DNA of 64,000 nt from Chloroflexota bacterium (GTDB lineage: Bacteria; Chloroflexota; Anaerolineae; Anaerolineales; UBA11858): the NCBI GenBank assembly GCA_016865865.1, contig VGOC01000001.1, positions 513 through 64,512 of the forward strand, read 5' to 3'. The translations under genes and the position numbers were made by a program. Within the stretch, counting starts at the first letter, position 1. Every line of letters starts with the position of its first letter. This document shows positions 25,015 to 32,678 of this stretch, piece by piece. The notes beneath the pieces are model-generated. The model had not been told where the DNA came from, made no database searches, and saw only the letters and a program-made list of their open reading frames with translations.

Positions 25015-27114
25015 ATGGATCCCATCGCGTTAGCTTTATTAGCAAGCGCTCTATCGCCCGCCTTGCTAATCGTGATCGAGAAGATCGGCGAAAAACTGGT
25101 GGAAGTAGGGATCGAACCCACCATCGAGATGGCCCGCGCCAAATTGTTGAAGGGTTATGAGCAAGAGAAAGCAGAACAAGAGTTGCGTGCAGTGGTGATG
25201 GCCGCTCTTGATGACACCCGCCACAAATTGCCCGATGCGTTCGACCGTTCCAAGATCACCAATAAACTCACCGGACGGACAGCAGAAACCTACGCCTTGC
25301 TAGCCGCCGCGGCGGTGGAACTGGCCGACCCTGACCCGGCCAAAATACCCGCCAGGCTGCTTGCCGACCTCGAACTGGAAGAGTCCCACCGTGATCTGCT
25401 GGCATGTTTCTTGGGTAATTTCCGCCCGCGGTTGGCTGATACGAAGACATTCACTCGCCTGATCGAATATTCCAATGACCTCGACCGCCGTGGCTTGCTG
25501 GCCGGGCTTGCCGTAGATGTCGCCGGGATCGCTCGAGGTGTATCTGAAATGGCGCAGAATCTGGAGCGTCTTGTCGCGTATTTTCGGATCGCTGCCGACG
25601 AAGACGAAGCGCTTCGGCAGTACCTGGAGACCCTGCAGGACAGATTACGCTGGCTGCCCCTGCCGCTGGCTGCCCCCAGCGCGGCAAGCGGCCAAACCGA
25701 TGCTGAACTGCGCTGCGTGTACGTGCCTCTGTCGCTCAGAGATCTGGAAGCGGAAGCAGAAGCCCGCCGCAGGGCAGAACGCTTCGATCGCTCCGCCGCC
25801 GAGATGGAGAATGAACTTCGAGAGATAGAAGCCCGACCTGTCGGATTGGGAGAAGTAATCGCCCGGCATGAGCGTTTTGCCATCATTGGCAAGGCAGGTT
25901 GCGGTAAGACCACCCTGCTCAAAATGGCTGCCCTGGCCTTTGCGGAAGATCGAGCCAAAGAAGACCTGGATTGGCAGGGGGAGCCCTTGTTTCCAATCTT
26001 CGTGCGGCTGCGCAATTTTGGCGCCTTCTTGAGCGATCATCCGGAGTATAGAGAACCCGGGCCGGGCGCGTTGACCGCTTATCTTACCCATCATTTCAGC
26101 ATCAGCTACGATCTGGACCTGACTACCAGGTTCTTTGCCCAGAGGCTCAACGCAGGGGGTTGTCTGATTTTGTTGGATGGTCTGGACGAAGTTTCTCAAG
26201 GGCGGCCTGATGTCGCCCAACAGGTGGATGCTTTCATCCGTTTTTATGTTTCCAAAGGTAAGGGCAACCGTTTTGGGCTGGCCTCTCGACCGCGTGGATT
26301 CGAGATGGTTCAAGTCTATTTGCGCGCTTCTCGATTTGCGGTCTGTGATGTCAATCCCCTCACACCGCAGGGCATCCGCCGCCTGACCGCCAGATTGTTG
26401 GACTGGATCGTCAACGATCCCCGGCAGCTTGCTGAAGACCGCCAGAATCTCCCCGATAAGATTCTGGCCTCGGATTCGCTCACCGAGCTGGCCGCCACGC
26501 CGCTGTTTTGTACCGCCTTGACGCTTGTCTACAAGTGGATGGGTTCAGACCTCCCTCAACGGCGGGTGGATGTGCTGGAGCAGGTGGTTGACCTGCTGTT
26601 GGTCTTCTGGAAAGCGCAAGACCCGGATCTGGAGAAGAAGCATGATCTGGCTGTGCTGGATGGCACCGATGTTAGCCTCGATGATTTGGAAATCGTCGCT
26701 GCCAACAAACGCAGCCGTCTGAGCTATCTGGCATACCGCATGCAGACTGCGGACATCAAGACCGAAGTGGACGCGGATATTGCCTGCGCCTGGCTGCAAA
26801 GCTACCTGGAGGATGAAGAAGGTTGTGATCCTGATGTAGCCAACCGATGGGCGGCAGGTTTCTTGCGTTACGCTCACGAATATAGCGGCCTGTTCGTGGA
26901 AGACAAAGGGCCGGGTGTGTATGCTTTCACGCATGAAGGTTTTCGCGAGTATCTGGCGGCGCGTGAGTTGGTGGACCGCGGTGATGCGGTCTTTACGGAT
27001 GAAGTGTTGGAACACTTGTTGGAGGATGCCTGGGAATCCGTCATCCTGCTGGCGGCTGCCTTTCGGGGCTATTCGCGGAAGGCGCGGCGAGATTTGATCA
27101 CATGCGCCTTATAA
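25015..27114 (+). CDS. NACHT-domain STAND NTPase (NLR-like) with unassigned ~280-aa N-terminal domain
   Basis: Walker A 'FAIIGKAGCGKTTLLK', Walker B 'CLILLDGLDEV', and downstream 'ASRPRG' and winged-helix-like blocks. AAGGAG at 25001 precedes the ATG at 25015. Confidence 0.85.
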   Translation: MDPIALALLASALSPALLIVIEKIGEKLVEVGIEPTIEMARAKLLKGYEQEKAEQELRAVVMAALDDTRHKLPDAFDRSKITNKLTGRTAETYALLAAAAVELADPDPAKIPARLLADLELEESHRDLLACFLGNFRPRLADTKTFTRLIEYSNDLDRRGLLAGLAVDVAGIARGVSEMAQNLERLVAYFRIAADEDEALRQYLETLQDRLRWLPLPLAAPSAASGQTDAELRCVYVPLSLRDLEAEAEARRRAERFDRSAAEMENELREIEARPVGLGEVIARHERFAIIGKAGCGKTTLLKMAALAFAEDRAKEDLDWQGEPLFPIFVRLRNFGAFLSDHPEYREPGPGALTAYLTHHFSISYDLDLTTRFFAQRLNAGGCLILLDGLDEVSQGRPDVAQQVDAFIRFYVSKGKGNRFGLASRPRGFEMVQVYLRASRFAVCDVNPLTPQGIRRLTARLLDWIVNDPRQLAEDRQNLPDKILASDSLTELAATPLFCTALTLVYKWMGSDLPQRRVDVLEQVVDLLLVFWKAQDPDLEKKHDLAVLDGTDVSLDDLEIVAANKRSRLSYLAYRMQTADIKTEVDADIACAWLQSYLEDEEGCDPDVANRWAAGFLRYAHEYSGLFVEDKGPGVYAFTHEGFREYLAARELVDRGDAVFTDEVLEHLLEDAWESVILLAAAFRGYSRKARRDLITCAL

Positions 27115-27193
27115 AAGGTGGACGCTCTGCGCGCCGCAGGCGCTGAAAATTGGCTTCATGCCTTGCTGGTTGCCGGGAGCATGGCCAGGGACT

Positions 27194-28354
27194 ATGGAAA
27201 AGCATCTACCGCCCCCCGACCGCAAAAAGGTGGAAGATGCCTTGAAAGCAGTGGCTTCCAGCCCAGACTACTCACCACCCCAGCGCGCCGACGCCGCCGA
27301 CGCCCTCGACCGCCTCGGCTACACCCCCGAGGGCTTGCACCGCTTCATCCCAATCCCTACTCCCCAATCACCCAATTACTATATTGCTCAATACCCCGTC
27401 ACCAACGCCCAATACGAGCGCTTCCTCAAGTCGGGCGACTTTGCCGAAGAACGCTTTTGGACGGCCTTCCCCAAATTCAGCCATCCGAAGGAGGGCAAGG
27501 GTGACGAACTGCGCCTGGAAACCATCGCCTACATCGGCGACTGGGGCGATGAAGGCTGGGAATGGTATAGCAACCCGAAGGATTTTTGGGCGGATAAAGT
27601 GCTAAAAGATGATGCTGGCGTGATCTACCCCCGCTACTGGCACGACCCGCGCTTCGGCATCGCCCGCCGCGGTGTGCCCGTGGTGAGTATCACCTGGTAC
27701 GAGGCCAACGCCTATTGCAAGTGGCTGGCCGAACACTGGGGTGAACGCGAAGAAGCCAGAGAAAACCCCGAACTCGACCCGGCGCAACTTACCTTCCGCT
27801 TGCCCACCGAAGCCGAGTGGATTGCCGCCGCCAGTCCCCCTCTCCCTGTGGGAGAGGGGCTAGGGGTGAGGGGGGATGAGCCGGAAGACCGTTACCCCTG
27901 GGATGACGGGATACGGGCGAAGGATGACCGGGAAGACATCACCCGCCGCGCCAATGTGGATGAAAGCAAAATCGGCCGCACCACGCCGGTGTGGATGTAT
28001 CCTCTGGGGGTAAGTCCCCGTGGGGTGTGGGACCTGGGCGGCAATGTCTGGGAATGGCAGGCGAATTTCTATGACAAGGATCAATACGCGTTGCGGGGCG
28101 GCTTCTGGTACATCGGTCTTAATCTCGCCCGCCTCGCCGTCCGCCGCAGGCACGACCCGGACGGCTGGTACTCGGGCCTCGGTTTTCGGGTGGTGGCGGC
28201 GTTCTCCACGCTCTTCTCTCCCCGCCGGAAATGCAATGTGGCTGAAAGGCTCCACTGCCGAGGCCATGTAGAAGAATGGCGGGGCGCATTCCTGGCCGCG
28301 ACCCTCACCACTTCGGCTTTGCTCAGTGCAAGCCCCAGCCCCTCTATCTGCTAG
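27194..28354 (+). CDS. FGE-sulfatase (SUMF1) / C-type-lectin-fold domain protein with DGR-VR-like C-terminus; possibly the detached C-terminal part of the NACHT gene
   Basis: 'YYIAQYPVTNAQYERFL', 'PVVSITWYEANAYCKWL', 'RLPTEAEW', 'GNVWEWQANFY', 'LRGGFWYIGLNLARLAVRRRHDPDGWYSGLGFRVV'. Confidence 0.8.
   Translation: MEKHLPPPDRKKVEDALKAVASSPDYSPPQRADAADALDRLGYTPEGLHRFIPIPTPQSPNYYIAQYPVTNAQYERFLKSGDFAEERFWTAFPKFSHPKEGKGDELRLETIAYIGDWGDEGWEWYSNPKDFWADKVLKDDAGVIYPRYWHDPRFGIARRGVPVVSITWYEANAYCKWLAEHWGEREEARENPELDPAQLTFRLPTEAEWIAAASPPLPVGEGLGVRGDEPEDRYPWDDGIRAKDDREDITRRANVDESKIGRTTPVWMYPLGVSPRGVWDLGGNVWEWQANFYDKDQYALRGGFWYIGLNLARLAVRRRHDPDGWYSGLGFRVVAAFSTLFSPRRKCNVAERLHCRGHVEEWRGAFLAATLTTSALLSASPSPSIC
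27836..27874. repeat. In-frame mini-palindrome insertion (CCCCTCTCC..GGAGAGGGG..GGGGTGAGG type)
   Basis: cccctctccctgtgggagaggggctaggggtgagggg encodes 'PPLPVGEGLGVRG', between the conserved 'RLPTEAEW' and 'YPWDDG' blocks of the FGE domain. Confidence 0.75.
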
Positions 28355-28375
28355 GGAGAGGGGTGACGGTGAAGG
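28339..28375. repeat. Mini-palindrome of the same family, containing the stop codon of the FGE-domain ORF
   Basis: cccctctatctgctagggagaggggtgacggtgaagg. The TAG at 28352-28354 lies in the hairpin loop. Confidence 0.65.
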
Positions 28376-28378
28376 CCG

Positions 28379-29461
28379 ATGGAATCGAATATGTACCGCC
28401 AATTGTATTCCTGGGACAACCTTCTGCTCGCCTATCATAAAGCTGCCAGGGGCAAACGCGGCTATTCGAATGTCGCAGCGTTTGAGCATCATCTCGAAGA
28501 CAATTTAATGCAATTGCAGCATGAACTACAGACATTCACTTATTGCCCTGGATGTTACGATAGCTTCTATATCCATGAACCCAAGAGACGTTTGATCTCA
28601 GCGGCCCCGTTTCGAGATCGAGTTGTGCATCACGCGCTATGCAATCTGATCGAACCGCTTTTCGAGCGGCTATTTATCCCCGATTCGTATGCCAATCGGA
28701 TTGGCAAGGGAACACACCGGGCTTTGGATCGTGCGCAGGCTTTCGCCCGACGATATCCTTAGAGACTGTTTTAAAAGTCGCCAGAAACCACAGATAAACA
28801 CAGATGAACACCGATTTTCTTGATGAACAGCCGTCTTTTATCGCCGAAATCCCTTTTATCTGTGTTCATCTGTGGCCGATTTGAGTTTTAAAACACTCTC
28901 TTACGTGCTGCAATGCGATATCCGACAGTTTTTTCCATCGGTTGATCATTTGCTTCTTCACAATTTGCTGGCAAACAAGATCGAAGATGACCGCATCATG
29001 TGGTTGATTGACCGCATTCTGGAGAGCGGGCATGAGGTTCTTACCGATGAATATGAGATGGTTTATTTTCCAGGGGATGATCTCTTTGCCGCGAATCGGC
29101 CGCGTGGTTTACCGATTGGTAACCTGACCAGTCAGTTTTGGGCAAATGTCTATTTGAATCCACTCGATCACTTCGTCCAGGTGCGCATCCCAGAACAGTG
29201 ACAGAGGGATTTCCTTTCTTGGGGTTTGTCGTTTTCCCTGAGCATCGCCGCTTGAAACGCCGCAAAGGGATATATTATCTCCGGAAGCTGCGTCGTTTGC
29301 TCGACGCATACCAACGCGGTGAAATCGCGCTCGATGATGTCACTGCGAGTGTGCGGGGATGGGCTAATCATGTTCGTTACGGAGATACCTGGGGTCTACG
29401 AAAGGCCATCTTTCGCACACTGATACCAGCAAAATCGCCTCCTGCCACCCCCCATTCTTGA
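28379..29461 (+). pseudogene. DGR-type reverse transcriptase, disrupted (MITE insertion plus internal deletion of the YxDD region)
   Basis: Three fragments in three frames. (1) 28379-28759 '...[17 protein letters not shown]...ARRYP'. (2) 28902-29180 '[16 protein letters not shown]...[25 protein letters not shown]'. (3) about 29195-29461 '[23 protein letters not shown]...VRGWANHVRYGDTWGLR'. No YxDD motif appears in any frame. Confidence 0.85.
28762..28900. mobile_element. 139-bp MITE with 16-bp terminal inverted repeats and TTA target duplication
   Basis: TIRs GAGACTGTTTTAAAAG (28762-28777) and the reverse complement of GTTTTAAAACACTCTC (28885-28900), 14/16 matching. TTA at 28759-28761 and 28901-28903. 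Internal CACAGAT(A/G)AA subterminal inverted repeats. Confidence 0.85.
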
Positions 29462-29636
29462 CCAGAGTTCAATGATGGGTTTCGAGTGACCCCCCTCTCG
29501 TCCCCCCATTTGCGCCACGGGGACCCACGCCGCCCAGTGATTCCCAGGCGCTAATGGGGGAAAGAGGGCGGTCGCGAGGAGCAGTGGATAGATCTCCAAT
29601 ATCCACTATCCAACCTCCAACTTCCAACCTCCACCC

Positions 29637-30581
29637 TCACCCCTTAACCTCCGTCACAAGCATCCTCACCGCTCCTGCTGCCTGCAAAGTAGCCGCAATT
29701 TGTTCGGCTTGTTCCGGAGCGGCCAGGGCAATCATATTGCCGCCGCGCCCGCCGCCGGAGAGTTTGGCGCCAGACGCGCCGGCTTCGTTCGCCGCCCTGA
29801 CCAGCTTATCCAATTCAGGAGAAGAGACTCCCATTTCGACCAACAGCGCGTGGCTCTCGTTCATCAGCGGCCCGAGGCGGTCGGGGCGTCCCTGCTCGAT
29901 GGCCTGGCGGGCCGACCTTGTGATGCTGCCCACGGCGGCGAAGAGCGTCTCGTAGCGTTGGGGGTCGGCCTGCCAGCCCGCATGCACATCTCCAACGGTC
30001 TCTTTGGTCGGGGTGGCGATTCCGGTGTCGCCGATGACGATGGTGAAGGGCTTGCTGATGCTGAAGGTTTCGATGAGTTGCTGCTTGATGAAGTAGACAG
30101 GTTTGGCGTAGGCGACCACGGTGTTATCTATGCCCGAGGGAGTGCCGTGATGGATTTTCTCGACTTCGAAGGCCAGGGCGGATACTTGCTCATCGGGGAG
30201 GGGATGGCCGAGGAAGCCCGCCAGCGCCCGGATGACGGCCACTGAGACGGCTGCGCCGGAACCAAGGCCGGAGGCCACCGGGATGGTCGAGGTCACCTTC
30301 AGGGTGCAGGCTGGAAGGCGGCTGATTCCCAGGGAGGCAGTAACACCCTCGATCGCGGCAACCAACGCATGGGTCGAGTCCAGCTCATCCAGCCGCCTGT
30401 CCAGACCAATCCCAGGGGCGAGAATCCGCACCGCGCCCGCGTTTCCACGAAGTTCGGGCGTGACCGTTGCCGTGGCGCGCACTTGTGCCACGGGCGCAGC
30501 GATAGCGGGCTGTCCGTAGACCACGGCGTGTTCGCCGAATAAGATGATTTTTCCAGGGGCAGAGGCGGTAAAGGATGGCAT
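29637..30581 (-). CDS. mvk: Mevalonate kinase (GHMP kinase)
   Basis: 'APGKIILFGEHAVVYGQPAIA', GHMP motif 'PVASGLGSGAAVSVA', and C-terminal 'GAKLSGGGRGGNMIAL'. Confidence 0.85.
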   Translation of the reverse strand: MPSFTASAPGKIILFGEHAVVYGQPAIAAPVAQVRATATVTPELRGNAGAVRILAPGIGLDRRLDELDSTHALVAAIEGVTASLGISRLPACTLKVTSTIPVASGLGSGAAVSVAVIRALAGFLGHPLPDEQVSALAFEVEKIHHGTPSGIDNTVVAYAKPVYFIKQQLIETFSISKPFTIVIGDTGIATPTKETVGDVHAGWQADPQRYETLFAAVGSITRSARQAIEQGRPDRLGPLMNESHALLVEMGVSSPELDKLVRAANEAGASGAKLSGGGRGGNMIALAAPEQAEQIAATLQAAGAVRMLVTEVKG

Positions 30582-30595
30582 GAGGCGAAGACAGA

Positions 30596-30657
30596 CTGGG
30601 GACTGCAGACCACGGACTTCAGAGGCATTTCGGCGGTCTGCCGTCCGCGGTCCCCAG
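30596..30657. repeat. GGAC(C/T)GC(A/G)GAC-type palindromic element, intergenic copy
   Basis: CTGGGGACTGCAGACCACGGAC...GGCGGTCTGCCGTCCGCGGTCCCCAG, between the UbiA-like stop and the mvk start. Confidence 0.75.
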
Positions 30658-30660
30658 TCG

Positions 30661-31530
30661 TCAAAATATGTAGAAGATCAGCAGGACGCTGAAGCCGTAC
30701 AGCGCGATGGCCAGTTGCAGCGGGCGGTCGGCGAGGATCAGGTCTTCGGGCGCGCCGCCGGTGTTTTCGACCTGGATCAGGTATTGGTAGCGGAAGATGC
30801 TGTAGATGATGAAGGGGATGGTGAGCATCATGGTGTGGTTGCCGGGCAGGTTGGGGGCGGAAAAGGTGTACAGGCTGTAGGTGATGATGGTCACACCCGA
30901 GGCCAGGGTGATGAGGTGGTCGAGGAATTCCAGGGTGTAGCCATCCAGGACGCGGCGGTGGGCGTTGTCGCCTTCGGCGATCAGACCTAGCTCGGCCCTG
31001 CGCTTCCCTGTCCCGATCAGCAAGGCAAGGAAGGTGGTGAAGATGTACAACCAGGGGGAGAAGCGTTCTACGTCTATCAGCGCTACGCCCGCGGCCACGC
31101 GCAGGACGTAAAAGGAGGCCAGCACGATGATATCCAGCAGGACGATATGTTTCAGCCACTTGGAATAGGATAGATTGAGCGCCAGATAGAGAATTCCGAT
31201 GGCGGCGAAACCTGGGGAAAGCAGGTAGGCGGCCGGCAGGGCCAGGACGAGAATCAGGCCGGCCGCTGCCCAGGCGATTGGGATGGAAAGCTCTCCCGCA
31301 GCGATGGGGCGGAAGCGCTTCTTGGGATGTTTTCGGTCGGCTTCGACGTCGGCGATGTCGTTGATGATGTACACGACGCTGGCAAGCAGGCTGAAGATGA
31401 AGAAGCCGGCGATAATGTGTGAGAAGGCAGGGAAATTGGTCAGCTTGCGGTCGAAGACCAGGCCGACGAATAGGAAGATATTCTTGGCCCACTGTTTGGG
31501 GCGTAATGTTTTGATGAGCGCGATGAGCAT
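30661..31530 (-). CDS. UbiA-family prenyltransferase (decaprenyl-phosphate phosphoribosyltransferase-like)
   Basis: 'NDIADVEADRKHPKKRFRPIAAGEL' Asp-rich motif. Polytopic. Confidence 0.82.
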   Translation of the reverse strand: MLIALIKTLRPKQWAKNIFLFVGLVFDRKLTNFPAFSHIIAGFFIFSLLASVVYIINDIADVEADRKHPKKRFRPIAAGELSIPIAWAAAGLILVLALPAAYLLSPGFAAIGILYLALNLSYSKWLKHIVLLDIIVLASFYVLRVAAGVALIDVERFSPWLYIFTTFLALLIGTGKRRAELGLIAEGDNAHRRVLDGYTLEFLDHLITLASGVTIITYSLYTFSAPNLPGNHTMMLTIPFIIYSIFRYQYLIQVENTGGAPEDLILADRPLQLAIALYGFSVLLIFYIF

Positions 31531-31580
31531 GGGGGAATGATAGTAGGGATTGGGGGATTCGTCAACGGGTGGGCAGTGGG

Positions 31581-31608
31581 CAGTAAGCAGTGAGCAGTCG
31601 TCGGTGTC
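31581..31608. repeat. Heptanucleotide tandem repeat (NNGCAGT)x4
   Basis: gggcagt gggcagt aagcagt gagcagt. Spaced CCTGGTC repeats follow at 31631-31680. Confidence 0.8.
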
Positions 31609-31698
31609 GAAACCCCTTGTTTCCTGGTCGCTAGTTTCCTGGTCATCAACTACCTGGTCACCAGTTCCCTAATCGCCAATTTACTGTAAAATACACTT

Positions 31699-32604
31699 AT
31701 GCCTAAGAAAATACGCGTTGATCTCCTGCTCGTCGAGCGCGGCCTGGCGGAGAGCCGCGCCCAGGCCCAACGCCTGGTGATGGCCGGGCAGGTGCGCGCC
31801 GATGGTCAGGTGGTGGATAAGCCCTCTTCGAAGGTGGATTCTGGGGTGGATTTGACGGTAGATAGCGGGCCGCGGTTCGTCTCGCGCGGCGGAGAGAAAT
31901 TGCAGGCGGCCTTCAAGGCCTTCGGTCTGGACGTGGCCGGGCGAGTCTGCGCCGACGTGGGGGCGTCTACGGGAGGGTTTACGGATTGTCTGCTGCAGCA
32001 TGGGGCGGCGCGCGTCTATGCGATGGATGTCGGCAAGGGCCTCCTGCATTGGAAACTGCGCAATGACCCGCGGGTGGTGGTCATGGAGGGGACCAACGCC
32101 CGTTTTGTGGAGAATCTGCCCGAACCGGTCGGTTTCGTGACCATAGACGCCTCGTTCATCTCGTTGAAGATATTGCTGCCCGTGGTGCGAGGGTGGACCT
32201 CACCCCCCTCTCCCCTCTCTGCGCGCGGAAAGGGGGGAGGGAGCCGGGGGGTGGGGGGTGAGGTGCTGGCGCTGATCAAACCGCAGTTCGAAGCCGGGCG
32301 GCGCGTGGCGGCGCGGGCGAGAGGAGTCATCCGCGATCCTGAGATTCACCGCCAGGTATTGGGAGAAATCTTATCTTTTGCCGAACAACAGAGATACAGC
32401 GTGCGCGGATTGATCGAGTCTCCCATCACCGGCCCCAAGGGAAATCGAGAATTCCTGGCCTGGTTTTCTTACCCGGCCTCCGAGAGCATCGCCTGGAAAG
32501 ATAGCATCGAGGTAACTACTCAGCCAAACGGGGAAGTTCCCGAAAAAAGGGTGTGCGAAGGGGGCGCAGCCGCTTTGCGTTCGCACACCCTTTTTTCGGG
32601 CTAA
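31699..32604 (+). CDS. tlyA: TlyA-family rRNA 2'-O-methyltransferase (S4 + FtsJ domains) carrying two repeat-derived segments
   Basis: 'RVDLLLVERGLAESRAQAQRLVMAGQV', 'DVGASTGGFTDCLLQHGA', 'IDASFISL', 'LIKPQFEAGR'. An internal ~20-aa insert lies at 32197-32264, and the C-terminal tail comes from the 32511-32634 element. Confidence 0.85.
   Translation: MPKKIRVDLLLVERGLAESRAQAQRLVMAGQVRADGQVVDKPSSKVDSGVDLTVDSGPRFVSRGGEKLQAAFKAFGLDVAGRVCADVGASTGGFTDCLLQHGAARVYAMDVGKGLLHWKLRNDPRVVVMEGTNARFVENLPEPVGFVTIDASFISLKILLPVVRGWTSPPSPLSARGKGGGSRGVGGEVLALIKPQFEAGRRVAARARGVIRDPEIHRQVLGEILSFAEQQRYSVRGLIESPITGPKGNREFLAWFSYPASESIAWKDSIEVTTQPNGEVPEKRVCEGGAAALRSHTLFSG
32197..32264. repeat. In-frame palindromic insertion (full ACCTCACCCC...GGGGTGAGGT type) inside tlyA
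   Basis: acctcacccccctctcccctctctgcgcgcggaaaggggggagggagccggggggtggggggtgaggt encodes 'TSPPSPLSARGKGGGSRGVGGE', between 'LPVVRGW' and 'VLALIKPQFE'. Confidence 0.8.
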
Positions 32605-32634
32605 TCCGTTCGATGGCTGAGCAGTTACCAATAT
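32511..32634. repeat. 128-bp-family palindromic MITE-like element, second copy
   Basis: GGTAACTACTCAGCC..CCCGAAAAAAGGGTGTGCGAA...TTCGCACACCCTTTTTTCGGG..GGCTGAGCAGTTACC. Supplies the last ~30 codons and the stop of tlyA. Confidence 0.85.
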
Positions 32635-32678
32635 CCAACCTCTAATCTCTCCATAATCGAGTATACTACTCCCCGCCT

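Noticed and set aside
27118-27504. 128-aa ORF in the NACHT frame downstream of its stop.
   Set aside because: Only the first ~26 codons look protein-like (see the split-gene finding). The remainder is an Arg/Pro-rich alternative frame of the FGE-domain gene.
28200-28378. Template repeat (TR) of the DGR between the target gene and the RT. Weak resemblance of 'ggaaatgcaatgtggctgaaagg' to the VR start 'ggcggcaatgtctgggaatgg'.
   Set aside because: The similarity covers only about 15 nt and does not extend. A real TR should match the ~110-160 bp VR at nearly all non-adenine positions. The result by eye is negative, and a computational alignment is still needed.
29462-29500. 'gatgggtttcgagtgac' downstream of the RT, resembling the VR end 'ctcggttttcgggtggtg' (possible TR 3' end or IMH-like site).
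   Set aside because: Only a ~12-nt partial match, with no upstream continuation of homology. The upstream sequence is the RT C-terminus.
30299-31492. 397-aa minus-strand ORF rich in Arg/Pro/His.
   Set aside because: It is an alternative frame of the UbiA-like and mvk genes, with the composition typical of off-frame translation of GC-rich coding DNA. The UbiA frame has clear family motifs.
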